Below, piece by piece: positions 18,083 through 28,686 of a stretch of 64,000 nucleotides of DNA. The stretch is from Planctomycetota bacterium (GTDB lineage Bacteria > Planctomycetota > GCA-002687715 > CAIWVZ01). Numbering within the stretch: the first letter of the stretch is position 1; each line of letters begins with the position of its first letter. Location of the stretch: positions 384,001-448,000 of the forward strand of contig JBGANV010000003.1 of assembly GCA_044222185.1 (NCBI GenBank), given 5' to 3'. A program made the translations under genes and the position numbers. A model generated the notes under the pieces. That model ran no database searches. It saw nothing but the letters and a program-made list of their open reading frames with translations, and was not told where the DNA came from.

Positions 18083-21000
18083 CTACAGCTTCCGCACGGC
18101 GTCCCCCGCGGATTCGACGATCACGTCACCGCTCGCAAGATCGACGAGCACGAGCCGCGCCCGCCCCGAGCCGACGGGGATCTCATAGGCCTTGCCGGCG
18201 ATCTCGACCCTGCGCACGGCGTCGCGCGACATCTCGTTGCACACGACGACCAGTGCCGACGCCTTGGTGTAGAAGACGTTCGCCGCAACGGGGTCGATCG
18301 ACGGACTGAAGCGCGCGCCGGCCGTCCGCAGGGCCTGCGCGTAGAGCGCCCGCAGCGGCATGGCCTCGCGAGCGAACTCGAGCGGGAGCGGCTCGTGCCA
18401 CACCGCACCTTCGAGCTTGTCGAGCGGCGGCCCGTCGGCGGCGCGAAGCCACTCGCTGCAGCGTTCGTCGAACGTGGCGATCGCGTTCACGTTCGACGAC
18501 AGGATCCACGAGGTCGGTTCACGCGTCATGACGGGCCGATGCCCGCCGCGAATTCCCAGGCTCGCGAGTTCCTGCGGCGCCAAGCCCGAGTCGATGCAGT
18601 CGAGCCCGCCCGTCACGAGGACCTTCGTCCCCGAATCCGAAAGTTGCTTGACGATCCGGGAGAGTCCCGCGTGCATCCACTCGGGCGCCGGGACGATCGC
18701 GAGCTTCCATTTGGGCGCCGGCGTGGGCAGCGGCGCCACGTCCGAGACGACCTCGGGAACGACACCGAAGTGCTCGGCCAGCGTGCGAACGCACTGCTTG
18801 ACCGCGTCCATGTTGCGCGGCCGCCCCGCGAAGTGCCGCGCGTGCGGGATCACCAGCCCCACCTCGCCGGGCTCGTAGTCGTCGAGTCGCGTGCGCGCCT
18901 TCTCGAAGAACGCGGCGAAGGAGTCGACGACTCGCAGTTCGGGCTTCGCGGTGCCGTCGGGTCGATTGAACCCGATGACGGCCTCGTTCTCGACGGGCAT
19001 GTAGGGGTTGATGTTCCACGCCCACTGCACGGCGCCGCATCCGCCCGCCATGAACGCGTAGGCGAACTTGCGCTCGAGGAGGCGCGCCGCGGTCTCGGGA
19101 GTGCGCCACGGGAACCCGCGGTCGCTCTCGAGCCGCATCATGCCCGTCTCCTGGATCAGGCTCGGCTTGCCGAGGGCCTTGGTGACGACGCCGTCCCACA
19201 AGAGGTCGTCGTTGTTCCACCAGGTGTGCACGGAGGTGTAGTCGACGGACGACTCGTAGAAGAGCTGGGATGGCCGCACCGTCGTTCCGCCTTCGTCCTG
19301 CCCGAGCGTGACGAGCGGTCCGGCGCCCGCGACCTTCAACGTGTCGCGCAACTGCGCGGCCCAGCCGGCGACGGCGTCGTTGGTGAAGCGGACGAAGTCC
19401 AGCGCCTTGCGTGGCCGTTTGCCCTCGCGCCACGGCGTGTAGGCCAGTTCCTCGACCTTCGGCAGGCCGAGCACGTCGGACGACGCGTCGTCCCACGCCA
19501 GTCGCAGACGCGATTCGTCCAGTCCGCCGTAGGCCTTCGTCAACCAGCTCCGCCACTCGCGCTTCTCGAACTCGTCGCCGATGGGACGGTTGTTCCACAA
19601 CTGATCCGCCGGCGAATAGGACGGCTCGTTGATCAGGTCGTAGTGGACCCACCCGCAGTCGCGATAACGGCGCGCGATCAGCGTGAGGAGCGTCTTCTGG
19701 CCCTCGAGCGCCCGCGGATCGAGGAACGGGTTCGCGCCTCCGAACATCGGTGGTTGGAACGCGAACAAGTTGAAGCACACGTAGATGCCGTGCCGCGCGG
19801 CCGTGAGCACGAATGCGTCGAGCGCACGCAGGACGCCGTCGTCGATGGCGCCGGAGTCGAGCATGGCTCGCGTCCAACCGGTCCAGAGTCCCGTTCGCAC
19901 GAGGTTGATCCCGTGCTGCTTCATCATGGCGAAGTCGCGATCCCACACGGCCGGGTTGGGCTCGAAGAGGAACTTGCGATGCACGTCGGACGCCATGTAG
20001 GTCGTGCCGATGATGGGCATGGGTTTCCCGCCGGAGCGGATCCACGACCGCGAGATCGCAAGCGGTGGCGCGGCCGGTGCGCGGTCGACGCCTCCCACCC
20101 AGACGGCGCAGCGGCTGACGTCGACCGTCGAAAAGGCCGCCGTCGTCACGTCGATCGCGTAGAGGCCCTCGGTCGAGGCGAATGCACGCGCGGGAATCAC
20201 CAGTTCGGACGTGGCCACGGTCCCGTCTCCCACGAGCGGGGGCCCCGCCCAGCGCGTCGGGGAAGACGGTCGCGTGTCGCTCGAGTTCGAGACGAGGGCT
20301 TCGACCGCCGCCGAGCCCAGCGGCAAACGTCGTCGGGGCGAACGCGCGGTGACGCGCACGCGTGCGTCCTCCGACGTGGATAGGGTGGCCGCAACCGGGC
20401 GCACGTCGAACGCGATGGCTCCCGCCTTCGCCGTCGCGATCGTGTATCGGATGAAGTCGTCCGAGAGCGGCGCGTCGCACGGCACGAAGACCCAACGCCC
20501 GCCGGCCTCCGTTCCGCGAATCCGATCGACTTCGACGAACGCGCAGCCGCGCGCGACGCCGCTGGCGTCGACCATGTGGATGAAGGGGCGGACGATCGCA
20601 TCCCGCGGCCCGCTCGATCCATCCTCCTTGTCGAAATCGCGCTTCGTCGTCAGGCGAAGCGTGAGCGTCCACGTGCGCTTGGGCGCCTGGAACGTTTCCA
20701 ACCATCCCATGCGCGCGAGCGGGCGAACGGTCAGTCCATCGCAGGGGATCTCCTCGCACGGCCCGATGAGGAGTTCGCGCGCGAACGTGGGCGTGCGAGG
20801 CGCCGATTCGTACGTCTCCTCCCCGGGCTTGCCCGTCGCCAGGACGGGGACGTGGAACGGCGCGCCGCCAAAGACGACCAGGCTTCCACCATTCGCGATG
20901 AACGCCCGGATCTGTGGCCACGCCTGGATTGGGAACGCCGACCCGTGGGTGAACACCACCGTGTCGTAGCGCTCGGTCGTCAGCCGCTCGATGAACTCGG

Positions 21001-21202
21001 GAACCGACGAGATCACGTCCGAGTCCTGGTTCGAGACGACGCGCGCAAGCGTCGCGTCGTCGATGGGCGCCGCGTCGATCGTCGGGAACCCCTTGGGGCG
21101 GAACACTGCAGTCCGCGACGCGCGCGCGTCGGCGATCTGCGCCATCGACCCGACTGTGAGCGTTGCCACGAGGAGCACCAACCGAGCCGATCCCGTCGTC
21201 AT
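18083..21202 (-). CDS. Exported clan GH-A glycoside hydrolase (GH42/GH5-like) with class I glutamine amidotransferase-like domains
   Basis: Signal peptide; RDFAMMKQHGINLVR, acid/base YDLINEP, nucleophile IQETG. Confidence 0.72.
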   Translation of the reverse strand: MTTGSARLVLLVATLTVGSMAQIADARASRTAVFRPKGFPTIDAAPIDDATLARVVSNQDSDVISSVPEFIERLTTERYDTVVFTHGSAFPIQAWPQIRAFIANGGSLVVFGGAPFHVPVLATGKPGEETYESAPRTPTFARELLIGPCEEIPCDGLTVRPLARMGWLETFQAPKRTWTLTLRLTTKRDFDKEDGSSGPRDAIVRPFIHMVDASGVARGCAFVEVDRIRGTEAGGRWVFVPCDAPLSDDFIRYTIATAKAGAIAFDVRPVAATLSTSEDARVRVTARSPRRRLPLGSAAVEALVSNSSDTRPSSPTRWAGPPLVGDGTVATSELVIPARAFASTEGLYAIDVTTAAFSTVDVSRCAVWVGGVDRAPAAPPLAISRSWIRSGGKPMPIIGTTYMASDVHRKFLFEPNPAVWDRDFAMMKQHGINLVRTGLWTGWTRAMLDSGAIDDGVLRALDAFVLTAARHGIYVCFNLFAFQPPMFGGANPFLDPRALEGQKTLLTLIARRYRDCGWVHYDLINEPSYSPADQLWNNRPIGDEFEKREWRSWLTKAYGGLDESRLRLAWDDASSDVLGLPKVEELAYTPWREGKRPRKALDFVRFTNDAVAGWAAQLRDTLKVAGAGPLVTLGQDEGGTTVRPSQLFYESSVDYTSVHTWWNNDDLLWDGVVTKALGKPSLIQETGMMRLESDRGFPWRTPETAARLLERKFAYAFMAGGCGAVQWAWNINPYMPVENEAVIGFNRPDGTAKPELRVVDSFAAFFEKARTRLDDYEPGEVGLVIPHARHFAGRPRNMDAVKQCVRTLAEHFGVVPEVVSDVAPLPTPAPKWKLAIVPAPEWMHAGLSRIVKQLSDSGTKVLVTGGLDCIDSGLAPQELASLGIRGGHRPVMTREPTSWILSSNVNAIATFDERCSEWLRAADGPPLDKLEGAVWHEPLPLEFAREAMPLRALYAQALRTAGARFSPSIDPVAANVFYTKASALVVVCNEMSRDAVRRVEIAGKAYEIPVGSGRARLVLVDLASGDVIVESAGDAVRKL

Positions 21203-21614
21203 GAGCGTCCCTTCTCGAAGTGCGACGCGAAATCATACAGCAGGCGAACTCGCACTGCCGCCCACGCGACCGAGGGGCGCCGCGGGCGTACGGACTCGGA
21301 CTCCCAATCGGGGCCGCGCGCGTGGCAGCCGTCGGCCCGAGCGTCGTGCGTGCGGGCCCAGCGGCTTCTCTCAACGGCTTATTCCCCGAATCAGATCGCG
21401 CTGCTCTGATGGCGCCGGCTCATCGGAATCTCCCGAGGTCCCGGCGTGGCTTGGGCCAGCACGACCGCGGACGCTCCCAAGGCCAGTCGACACGCACGCG
21501 CCGGCCGCCCGCGTATCGCAAAGAGATTCCATCCCTCCGCGGGAATGCCGCTGACGTCAGGCCGCGACACTTCCCATGTCTGCTCCCGCCTGAAGGAAGT
21601 CGAGGAGAAGCGCC

Positions 21615-24600
21615 ATGAGGTCGACCCTGAGATGGAAATCCTTCGCCCTGGTCTGCGCAGCCGTCACTGCCGCCATCGTCCTGCAACCTCAGTACCGATC
21701 ATCGGACGTCACATCGACTCAGCGTCCGGGCTTCACACTCACGGCGACGACCGTCGCGGACGCGCCGCTGCCGATGCCCGCCGCGTCGCAATCCCCATTC
21801 GTGGTGCCCGTGGCCTATGCGCCGAACGAGGGGCAGTGGGACGCGGACGTCCGCTTCGCCGCCGAGATCGGGGACGTGAACGTTCGCCTCGGCGACCGCG
21901 GATGGACGCTCGGCCTCGCGCGAAGAGAACCGGATCCCGCGGCGGCACGGTGTGCCCTTCGCGCGGAACGGAGCGTGACGCGCGTCGTCGCCGAAGCGAC
22001 GGTGCGCATGACGTTCCGAGGCGCACGCGAACCGTCGACGATGACGCCTGAGGGTCGCCTCGCGGGAATCGACATGTACTTCGCGGGCGACGATCCCGCG
22101 CGGTGGCGAACCGCGGTCCCGCGCTATGCAGCCGTCCGGTATGACGAGCTGTATGCCGGCGTGGACGTACGCGCGTACTCGACCGATGGCCACTTCGAGT
22201 ACGACGTCTTGCTCGAGCCTTGGGCGGACATCGGCGCCGTGGAGGTCGCAGTCGATGGCGTCCGCGCGATCTCCGTGGACGATGGCGGCGGAATCGTATT
22301 CGACACGGCCGCGGGTCTCTTGCGGCAGCCTGCACCCTCGGCGTTCGTCCGAACCTCGGATGGCGGACGGAGGCGCGTGCGCTGCGTGATCGAGCCCCGC
22401 GGAACCGACGCGTTCGGTTTCCAGGCTCCGGACTGGGACGGCGCCAGCGCGCTCGAGGTCGACCCGGGACTCATCTACTCGACGACGTACTCGGGTCAGG
22501 TGTTCGGAGTGGCGATCGACGTGAACGGCGTCGTCACCTTCGGCACGCTGACGGGCGTGCTCGTTCGCGTGAACCCGTCGCTCCCCGCCGGGCAGCAGCT
22601 CGTCTGGACTGCCTCGCTGTCGGGTGCCACGCTCTGGGATCTCTTTCTCGAGCCGGGCGGCGCCGTCGTGGCGACGGGACGGACTACGTCAGGTTCGTTC
22701 CCGACGACGGTCAACGCCTACGATCGCACGTTCAACGGCAACAACGACGTCTTCATCACGCGCCTCGATCCGTCGTTGCCCGCCGGCCAGCAGCTGACCT
22801 GGTCGACGTTCCTCGGAGGCAGCGGGATGGAATGGGGCGGCTACGGCGTCTTCGTCGAGCCGTCCGGCGTCGTGGCCGTCTGCGGTTCCACCGAATCCGC
22901 CAACTTCCCCATCACTCCCGGTGCGTTCGATTCGACGTTCGGCGCAGGCGGGCAATTCGGGGACGGCTTCGTGTCCGTCTTCGATCCGTCCCTCGCCGGG
23001 ACCCAGCAACTCCTCTACTCGACGTTCGTCGGCGGAGCCGGCAGCGAACTGCTCACGAGCATTCGGGGTGGAGACCTGATCACGGTCGCCGGCTGGACGA
23101 CGTCGCCGGACTTCCCCACGACCGCGAACGCCTGGGACCGGACCCTCGCCACGCAGGACGTCTTCATCACGCAGCTTCGTCCCGCGCTTCCTCCGGCGGA
23201 ACAGCTCGCCTACTCGACGTACTTCGGTGGAAGCGGCACCGAGGGAAACTCGCCGCGGACACCGCCCATGATCGACGCCGCGGGCACGATCACCGTCGCG
23301 GGGAGCACGAATTCCGCGGACTTGCCCACGACGCCTGGCTCGTGGGATCGCACGTACCACGGCGGCACGGACGCGTTCGTCGCGCGCCTGGATCCGTCCC
23401 GTCCGCCCGCAGGGCAACTGATCTACGCGACCTACCTCGGAGGAGCGGCGATCGAAGAGGTGTACGGCTCCGCGAGCGACCTGAACGGCATGGTGACGCT
23501 CGGGTGCATCACCCGCTCGCAAGACTGCCCCACGACTCCCAACGCGTTCGACTCGACCTTCGGCGGCGGAGTCAGTGACGCGTACGTGGCGCGCATCAAC
23601 CCGACGCTCGCAGCTCCCCATCAACTGACCTACGGCAGCTACCTCGGTGGCAACGGCTCCGAGGAGGTCCAGGACATGGCGCTCGCGAGGAACGGAAGCG
23701 TCGTCGTGGGCGGTCGCGGCAGCAATGCAACCTTCCCGGTCACTCCGACGGGAACTGCGGGACTCAGTGGCTTCGTCACCGTCATGGACGTCCCGCTCAC
23801 GTTCCCGAACGAAGCGCCGACGGCGCAGGCGGGCGCGGATCAGGCCGTGCATGCCGGCGCCACGGTGCATCTCGACGGCTCGGCGTCGTTCGACGACAAC
23901 ACGTCGCCGTCGGCGCTGTTGTATGCCTGGGCACTCGTCGCCGTACCGCCAGGAAGCACGGCCGTGCTCAGCGGTGCATCGACGCCGTTCCCGTCGTTCG
24001 TCGTGGACATTCCGGGAGACTATGCCATCGACCTCGTCGTCACGGACGAGGAGGGAGCGAGCAGCGACCGCGACCAGGTCGTGGTCTCGTCGTTCAACGT
24101 GGCGCCGACGGCGTCGGCCGGACTGGACCAGCTGACGATTCTCGGCAACGTCACGACCCTGGATGGCACCGGCAGCTTCGATCCCGATCAGGACCCCATC
24201 GTGTTCGCCTGGGTGATGACGTCGCGACCGACGGGGAGCCTGGCGTTCCTCGCGAACGAGATGACGGCCACGCCGTCGTTCGCTCCCGACGTCGAAGGGA
24301 CGTACACGATCTCTCTGATGGTGAGCGACATCTTCACATACTCGGCGGTGGACGAGGTCGTCGTGACCGCGATCACGGGCACCCATTACGCGGAGAACGT
24401 CGTCACCGTCGTCGCTGCCGACGTCTTGAGTCTCCCGCCGGCTTCGGTCACGAACGTCGGCAACCAGACGTCGCTCAACCAATTCCTATCGAACGCCGTC
24501 CAGCAGATGCAGTCCGACAGGATCGCCCTCGCGCGGCGGAAACTGGAGGACGCACTCGCCCGCGTCGACGGCTGCGCGTTGCGCGGTCAGCCCGACACGC

Positions 24601-24692
24601 AGGGGCCCGGCCGCGATTGGGTCACCGACTGCGAAGCGCAGGCGCTGATCTATGCGGAGATCCTCGCGGCGTTGAACGCGCTCGCGCCGTGA
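21615..24692 (+). CDS. Exported SBBP beta-propeller repeat protein with two PKD/Ig-like domains
   Basis: N-terminal module (PNEGQWD, ELYAGVD, EYDVLL, VDPGLIYST); repeats YSTYFGGSG...DFPTT.NAWD...DVFIT; two PTAxAGxDQ...LDGxxSFD domains. Confidence 0.88.
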   Translation: MRSTLRWKSFALVCAAVTAAIVLQPQYRSSDVTSTQRPGFTLTATTVADAPLPMPAASQSPFVVPVAYAPNEGQWDADVRFAAEIGDVNVRLGDRGWTLGLARREPDPAAARCALRAERSVTRVVAEATVRMTFRGAREPSTMTPEGRLAGIDMYFAGDDPARWRTAVPRYAAVRYDELYAGVDVRAYSTDGHFEYDVLLEPWADIGAVEVAVDGVRAISVDDGGGIVFDTAAGLLRQPAPSAFVRTSDGGRRRVRCVIEPRGTDAFGFQAPDWDGASALEVDPGLIYSTTYSGQVFGVAIDVNGVVTFGTLTGVLVRVNPSLPAGQQLVWTASLSGATLWDLFLEPGGAVVATGRTTSGSFPTTVNAYDRTFNGNNDVFITRLDPSLPAGQQLTWSTFLGGSGMEWGGYGVFVEPSGVVAVCGSTESANFPITPGAFDSTFGAGGQFGDGFVSVFDPSLAGTQQLLYSTFVGGAGSELLTSIRGGDLITVAGWTTSPDFPTTANAWDRTLATQDVFITQLRPALPPAEQLAYSTYFGGSGTEGNSPRTPPMIDAAGTITVAGSTNSADLPTTPGSWDRTYHGGTDAFVARLDPSRPPAGQLIYATYLGGAAIEEVYGSASDLNGMVTLGCITRSQDCPTTPNAFDSTFGGGVSDAYVARINPTLAAPHQLTYGSYLGGNGSEEVQDMALARNGSVVVGGRGSNATFPVTPTGTAGLSGFVTVMDVPLTFPNEAPTAQAGADQAVHAGATVHLDGSASFDDNTSPSALLYAWALVAVPPGSTAVLSGASTPFPSFVVDIPGDYAIDLVVTDEEGASSDRDQVVVSSFNVAPTASAGLDQLTILGNVTTLDGTGSFDPDQDPIVFAWVMTSRPTGSLAFLANEMTATPSFAPDVEGTYTISLMVSDIFTYSAVDEVVVTAITGTHYAENVVTVVAADVLSLPPASVTNVGNQTSLNQFLSNAVQQMQSDRIALARRKLEDALARVDGCALRGQPDTQGPGRDWVTDCEAQALIYAEILAALNALAP

Positions 24693-24771
24693 GCGGAGCG
24701 TCGTCGGCCGCACGACGGCCGATGGAACTCCGCAGACCGACCGCGTGAGGTGCGCCGCATCCACTCGAAGT

Positions 24772-24822
24772 GAGCCCGCGGCGCACTGCCGCGGGTTCGT
24801 TGCCGGGGGCGGCCGCAAGGCC
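24772..24822. repeat. Two adjacent GC-rich hairpins between convergent genes (REP-like or terminator)
   Basis: GAGCCCGCGGC-gcact-GCCGCGGGTTC (24772-24798) and GGCC-GCAA-GGCC (24811-24822). Confidence 0.45.
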
Positions 24823-24922
24823 CCACGCCGCGTGGTCCTCGACCCGAACGCGAACCTCCAGGGCCAGAGCCTCTCGGTCCCAAGAGCCGGATGCCGCGCG
24901 CACGCAACCCGCGCCGCCCGAC

Positions 24923-27478
24923 TCAGAACCCCAGGATCGTGGTCGTCTCCCGCGGCGTGAGCCGCTGCGTCGAGAGGATCGCGGCCTGCCAGTGGACGGT
25001 CGCACCCGCGAGGGCGGGGACCGGCGGCACCAAGGCCGTGATCGTCGTGTTGCCGTTGGCGTCCAGGTTGCCCGTGACCGTCGTGATGGCCGTCGCGAGG
25101 TCGATGGCGAGCCGGCCCCACGGTGAAATCACCTGGGACGGCGAAAGCAGGCCCGTCGTCGGAACGAGCAGCCATGGGGCCGTCGGCGGGCCGACGATCT
25201 CGAGCGTCGTGATCCGGCCCACACGCGGGAGGTCGCCATGTCCCAGATGCCGAGTCATGTTCGTGATGAAGTATCCCCGGTCGCAGAAGGGATCGAGGTC
25301 ACCGTCTCCGTCGTAGTCCACGGGGATCAACGCCGACACGGTCGTGGTGCCGTTCACCACACCCTCGGATGGCGCGAACGTTCCGGCTCCGAGCGAGCGT
25401 TTCCATTCCCGCGCGCCGAGCGCATCGGCGAGGCCGTCGCCATCGATGTCCGCCAGCGCCCAGCCATCGTTGGTCTGGGCTGTCAGCGTCGTGAGGACTC
25501 CCGCCACGGTGAACGCGAGGTTGCCGTTGTTCACGAGCACGGAGTCGCCGGCGATGAGGTCCATGTCGCCATCGCCATCGACGTCGCCCGCGGTGATCGT
25601 GTATCCGGTCGTCGGAGCCGCGATCGAAACCTGCGGACCCAGCGTGAACCCGCCCACCCCACCGACCATGGTGTTTCGGCAGACGCGAACGGTCGGGGGG
25701 TTGTCGGTGAATGCGGCGAGGTCCTTCCGACCATCGTTGTCCAGGTCCACGGCCACGATCGCCACGGCGCTCGTGTTCGTTGGATTCGTCACGCTCGAAG
25801 CGACCGTGAACGTTCCGCCGCCCTGGTTCAGCAGGATCTCGAACTGCGACGCGGCGCCAGCGTGGGCCACGGCGATGTCGAGCCGCCCGTCGTTGTCGAA
25901 ATCCGCCGCGGCCTGCGCGACCACGTTCGTGACGGGCGCGTTCGTCGTCATTCGGGAGAAGTCGCCGTTGGAGTCCGAGGCGAGGATCGCGGGCACGGGC
26001 GTCGAGGACGAGAAGACGCTGACGTCGATGCGTCCGTCTCCGTCGAAATCACCCGGAACCATCACGGCCAGACTTGGCGGCGGATTCGCCGGCACGACGG
26101 GGTTGGGATTCGCCAGCTGGAAGGTCCCCGCGCCGTCGTTTCGTGCGAGCGCCAGCGTGAAGATGCCGACCCCCGCCGCGGGAGGATGGACGCGCGCGAT
26201 GACGTCCACGTCGCCATCCCCTTCCGCGTCGGCGAACGCGAACACCTTGGTGGTGAGCGGTTGAAACAACAGCGGCAATCCGCCCGAGGTCCCCGCGTCG
26301 AGGTCGTTGAACGTTCCCACGCCCGAGTTGACTTCGATGTGCACGGTCTCGGACTTGACCGCCCGCGTGGCGATGTCCCGCAGGCCGTCGCCATCCAGGT
26401 CCGCGACGATCGCTGGAACGCGGAACGGGAACGTGAGCACCATCGCCGCGATCGTCACCGCGAAGGCGCCGCCGCTCGCCGCGACGGGGCCTGGGAATGA
26501 CGATCCGATGACGACTTCATCCGCTCCGTCGCCGTCGACGTCGAGGGCGCCGACAGGGACCACGTTGGCGGCCAGGGACCCATTGAACAACGTCGTCAGC
26601 GTCCCGGCGCTCCAGGTGATCACCGTCAGAGGTGAGCCGGAGTTGACGGCCGTTCCGATCGCGATGTCCGCGCGGCCGTCGCCGTTGAAGTCGCCGATCC
26701 CGGTCGACCAACCCAAGTGCGACAGATCCATCTGCCCGCTGGGAGCGAAGACCCCGCCGCCCGTGTTCCGCACCACTTGCGCCCTCGAAGCAAATCCAGG
26801 GGCCGGCAGGACCGAGTAGATCAGATCCACCAGTCCATCGCCGTCGAAATCGGCAGCGGCCCGGACCGAGCCGCCCTGTACGGCCGTGGGGAGCGCATTG
26901 AGGACGGGGACGAAAGCGTTGCCGCCGAGGTTCCGCAGGACTGCCTGGCTGAACGGGGACGGGCCGAACGTGAACACCAGATCGGTCTGCCCGTCCGCAT
27001 CCACGTCAGCCGGCACGATCCACAGGATCGGAGCCGGTGACAGGGATCCGAAGGTCGCGACGGACACGAACGTCCCGCCGATCAGCTTGTGGATTTCAAA
27101 CCCGCTGCCGGACCCGACGATCATCTCCGCCGCCGGGTCGTTGTCGACGTTGGCGAAGGCTCGGCCGGTCGGGTTGCTGACGGCCAGCGGCACGGGGCCG
27201 CGCACGTAGTGTCCGTTTCCGTCATTGAGGAAGAAGCGGGTCACCGGCGGCGCGGCGTTCACCTTCAAGTCCGTCGCGAGGAAGTCCACGTCGCCGTCGC
27301 CGTCGATGTCGCAGAACGTTTCGCCCTGAATCGAGATCCCGTGCGGGATGGGCGTCTCCGGCTCGCGGAGCACCGTGGATTGGGCCGAGGTCACGCCGCA
27401 CAGCACCAGCGCGGCGACGAATGCGACGTGCCAGGACACACCGGAAGACGCAGTGGGCTCGTTGCGGTACGAGATCAT
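24923..27478 (-). CDS. Exported FG-GAP/VCBS repeat protein with shared C-terminal domain
   Basis: Signal ...GVTSAQ; more than ten DxDGDGxxD Ca-binding repeats; C-terminal LDANG...VPPVPALAGATVHWQAAIL. Confidence 0.9.
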   Translation of the reverse strand: MISYRNEPTASSGVSWHVAFVAALVLCGVTSAQSTVLREPETPIPHGISIQGETFCDIDGDGDVDFLATDLKVNAAPPVTRFFLNDGNGHYVRGPVPLAVSNPTGRAFANVDNDPAAEMIVGSGSGFEIHKLIGGTFVSVATFGSLSPAPILWIVPADVDADGQTDLVFTFGPSPFSQAVLRNLGGNAFVPVLNALPTAVQGGSVRAAADFDGDGLVDLIYSVLPAPGFASRAQVVRNTGGGVFAPSGQMDLSHLGWSTGIGDFNGDGRADIAIGTAVNSGSPLTVITWSAGTLTTLFNGSLAANVVPVGALDVDGDGADEVVIGSSFPGPVAASGGAFAVTIAAMVLTFPFRVPAIVADLDGDGLRDIATRAVKSETVHIEVNSGVGTFNDLDAGTSGGLPLLFQPLTTKVFAFADAEGDGDVDVIARVHPPAAGVGIFTLALARNDGAGTFQLANPNPVVPANPPPSLAVMVPGDFDGDGRIDVSVFSSSTPVPAILASDSNGDFSRMTTNAPVTNVVAQAAADFDNDGRLDIAVAHAGAASQFEILLNQGGGTFTVASSVTNPTNTSAVAIVAVDLDNDGRKDLAAFTDNPPTVRVCRNTMVGGVGGFTLGPQVSIAAPTTGYTITAGDVDGDGDMDLIAGDSVLVNNGNLAFTVAGVLTTLTAQTNDGWALADIDGDGLADALGAREWKRSLGAGTFAPSEGVVNGTTTVSALIPVDYDGDGDLDPFCDRGYFITNMTRHLGHGDLPRVGRITTLEIVGPPTAPWLLVPTTGLLSPSQVISPWGRLAIDLATAITTVTGNLDANGNTTITALVPPVPALAGATVHWQAAILSTQRLTPRETTTILGF

Positions 27479-27720
27479 CGATTGACTTGGGTCTGGGGGG
27501 TGGAGGTGGACATTCCGCGGCTTGGAACGGGTGCGGTTTGCCCGTCATAGAGGTTACACCGCCCACCTGTCAACGACCGGGCGCCGCAGACGGGTGACCG
27601 TCGCACCGACGCTCGGAGCCTGGCGCCCCGAAGCCGACGGCTCCGCGAAATCGACCGCGGAGTGACGATTCCCGCAACGAAGGAGCCCGACCGGCATCCA
27701 ATCCAGTGAAGGACGATTCC

Positions 27721-28590
27721 ATGACACCTCCACCACCGCAGGTTTTCTCCGAACCACTCCCCGACGTCGTGATGCCGGCATGCAGCCTCCAGAAGGTCCT
27801 GAAGGGCCAGAAGGCGCTCGTCACCGGTGCGAACTCGGGCATCGGAAAGGGCGTCGCGATCGCACTCGGCCATGCCGGCGCGGACGTCGTCGTGAACTTC
27901 AAGGCGGGGCCCGAGGCCGCGCAGGAAGTCGTCGCCGAGATCCAACGCTGCGGCAGCCGCGCGTTCGCTCACCAGGCGGACGTGTCGAACGAATCGGACG
28001 TCGCCGCCATGTTCGCGCGCATGAAGGACGAGTTCGGCACCATCGACATCCTGGTGAACAACGCGGGGCTCCAGCAGGACGCGCCGTTCGAGTCGATGAC
28101 GCTCGCCCAGTGGAACCTCGTCCTGAACGTGAACCTCACGGGCCAGTTCCTCTGCGCCCGCGAAGCCGTGCGGGAGTTCAAGCGGCGCGGCGTGCGCCCC
28201 GAGATCTCGTGCTCGGCCGGCAAGATCGTCTGCATGAGCTCGGTTCACGAGGTCATTCCGTGGGCCGGCCACGTCAACTACGCCGCATCCAAGGGCGGCG
28301 TGATGTTGATGATGAAGAGCATCGCGCAGGAAGTGGCGCCCTACCGCATCCGCGTGAACTCCATCGGCCCCGGAGCGATCCGCACGCCGATCAACACGAG
28401 CGCGTGGAAGACTCCGGAGGCCTACGCCGACCTGATGAAGCTCGTGCCCTACAAGCGCATCGGCGAACCCTCCGACATCGGCCAGGCCGCCGTGTGGCTC
28501 GCGTCCGACGCCGCCGACTACGTCACGGGCACGACGCTCTACATCGACGGCGGGATGACGCTGTATCCGGGGTTCGAGACGGGCGGCTGA
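27721..28590 (+). CDS. Glucose 1-dehydrogenase-like SDR
   Basis: TGANSGIG, NNAGLQ, SSVHEVIPW...NYAASKGG, PGAIRTPIN, DGGMTLYPGF. Confidence 0.88.
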   Translation: MTPPPPQVFSEPLPDVVMPACSLQKVLKGQKALVTGANSGIGKGVAIALGHAGADVVVNFKAGPEAAQEVVAEIQRCGSRAFAHQADVSNESDVAAMFARMKDEFGTIDILVNNAGLQQDAPFESMTLAQWNLVLNVNLTGQFLCAREAVREFKRRGVRPEISCSAGKIVCMSSVHEVIPWAGHVNYAASKGGVMLMMKSIAQEVAPYRIRVNSIGPGAIRTPINTSAWKTPEAYADLMKLVPYKRIGEPSDIGQAAVWLASDAADYVTGTTLYIDGGMTLYPGFETGG

Positions 28591-28686
28591 GGACGGCATC
28601 GCGATGGAGCCACCCTCGTGGGTCGTGCTCGCGGGGCTCGCGAACGCCCGTCGTTCTCACTCCGCGCCGCGCCGACGACGCCGACG

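Noticed and set aside
21203-21614. Riboswitch or small RNA in the divergent intergenic region
   Set aside because: No conserved riboswitch, tRNA or tmRNA motifs found by eye; likely just divergent promoters.
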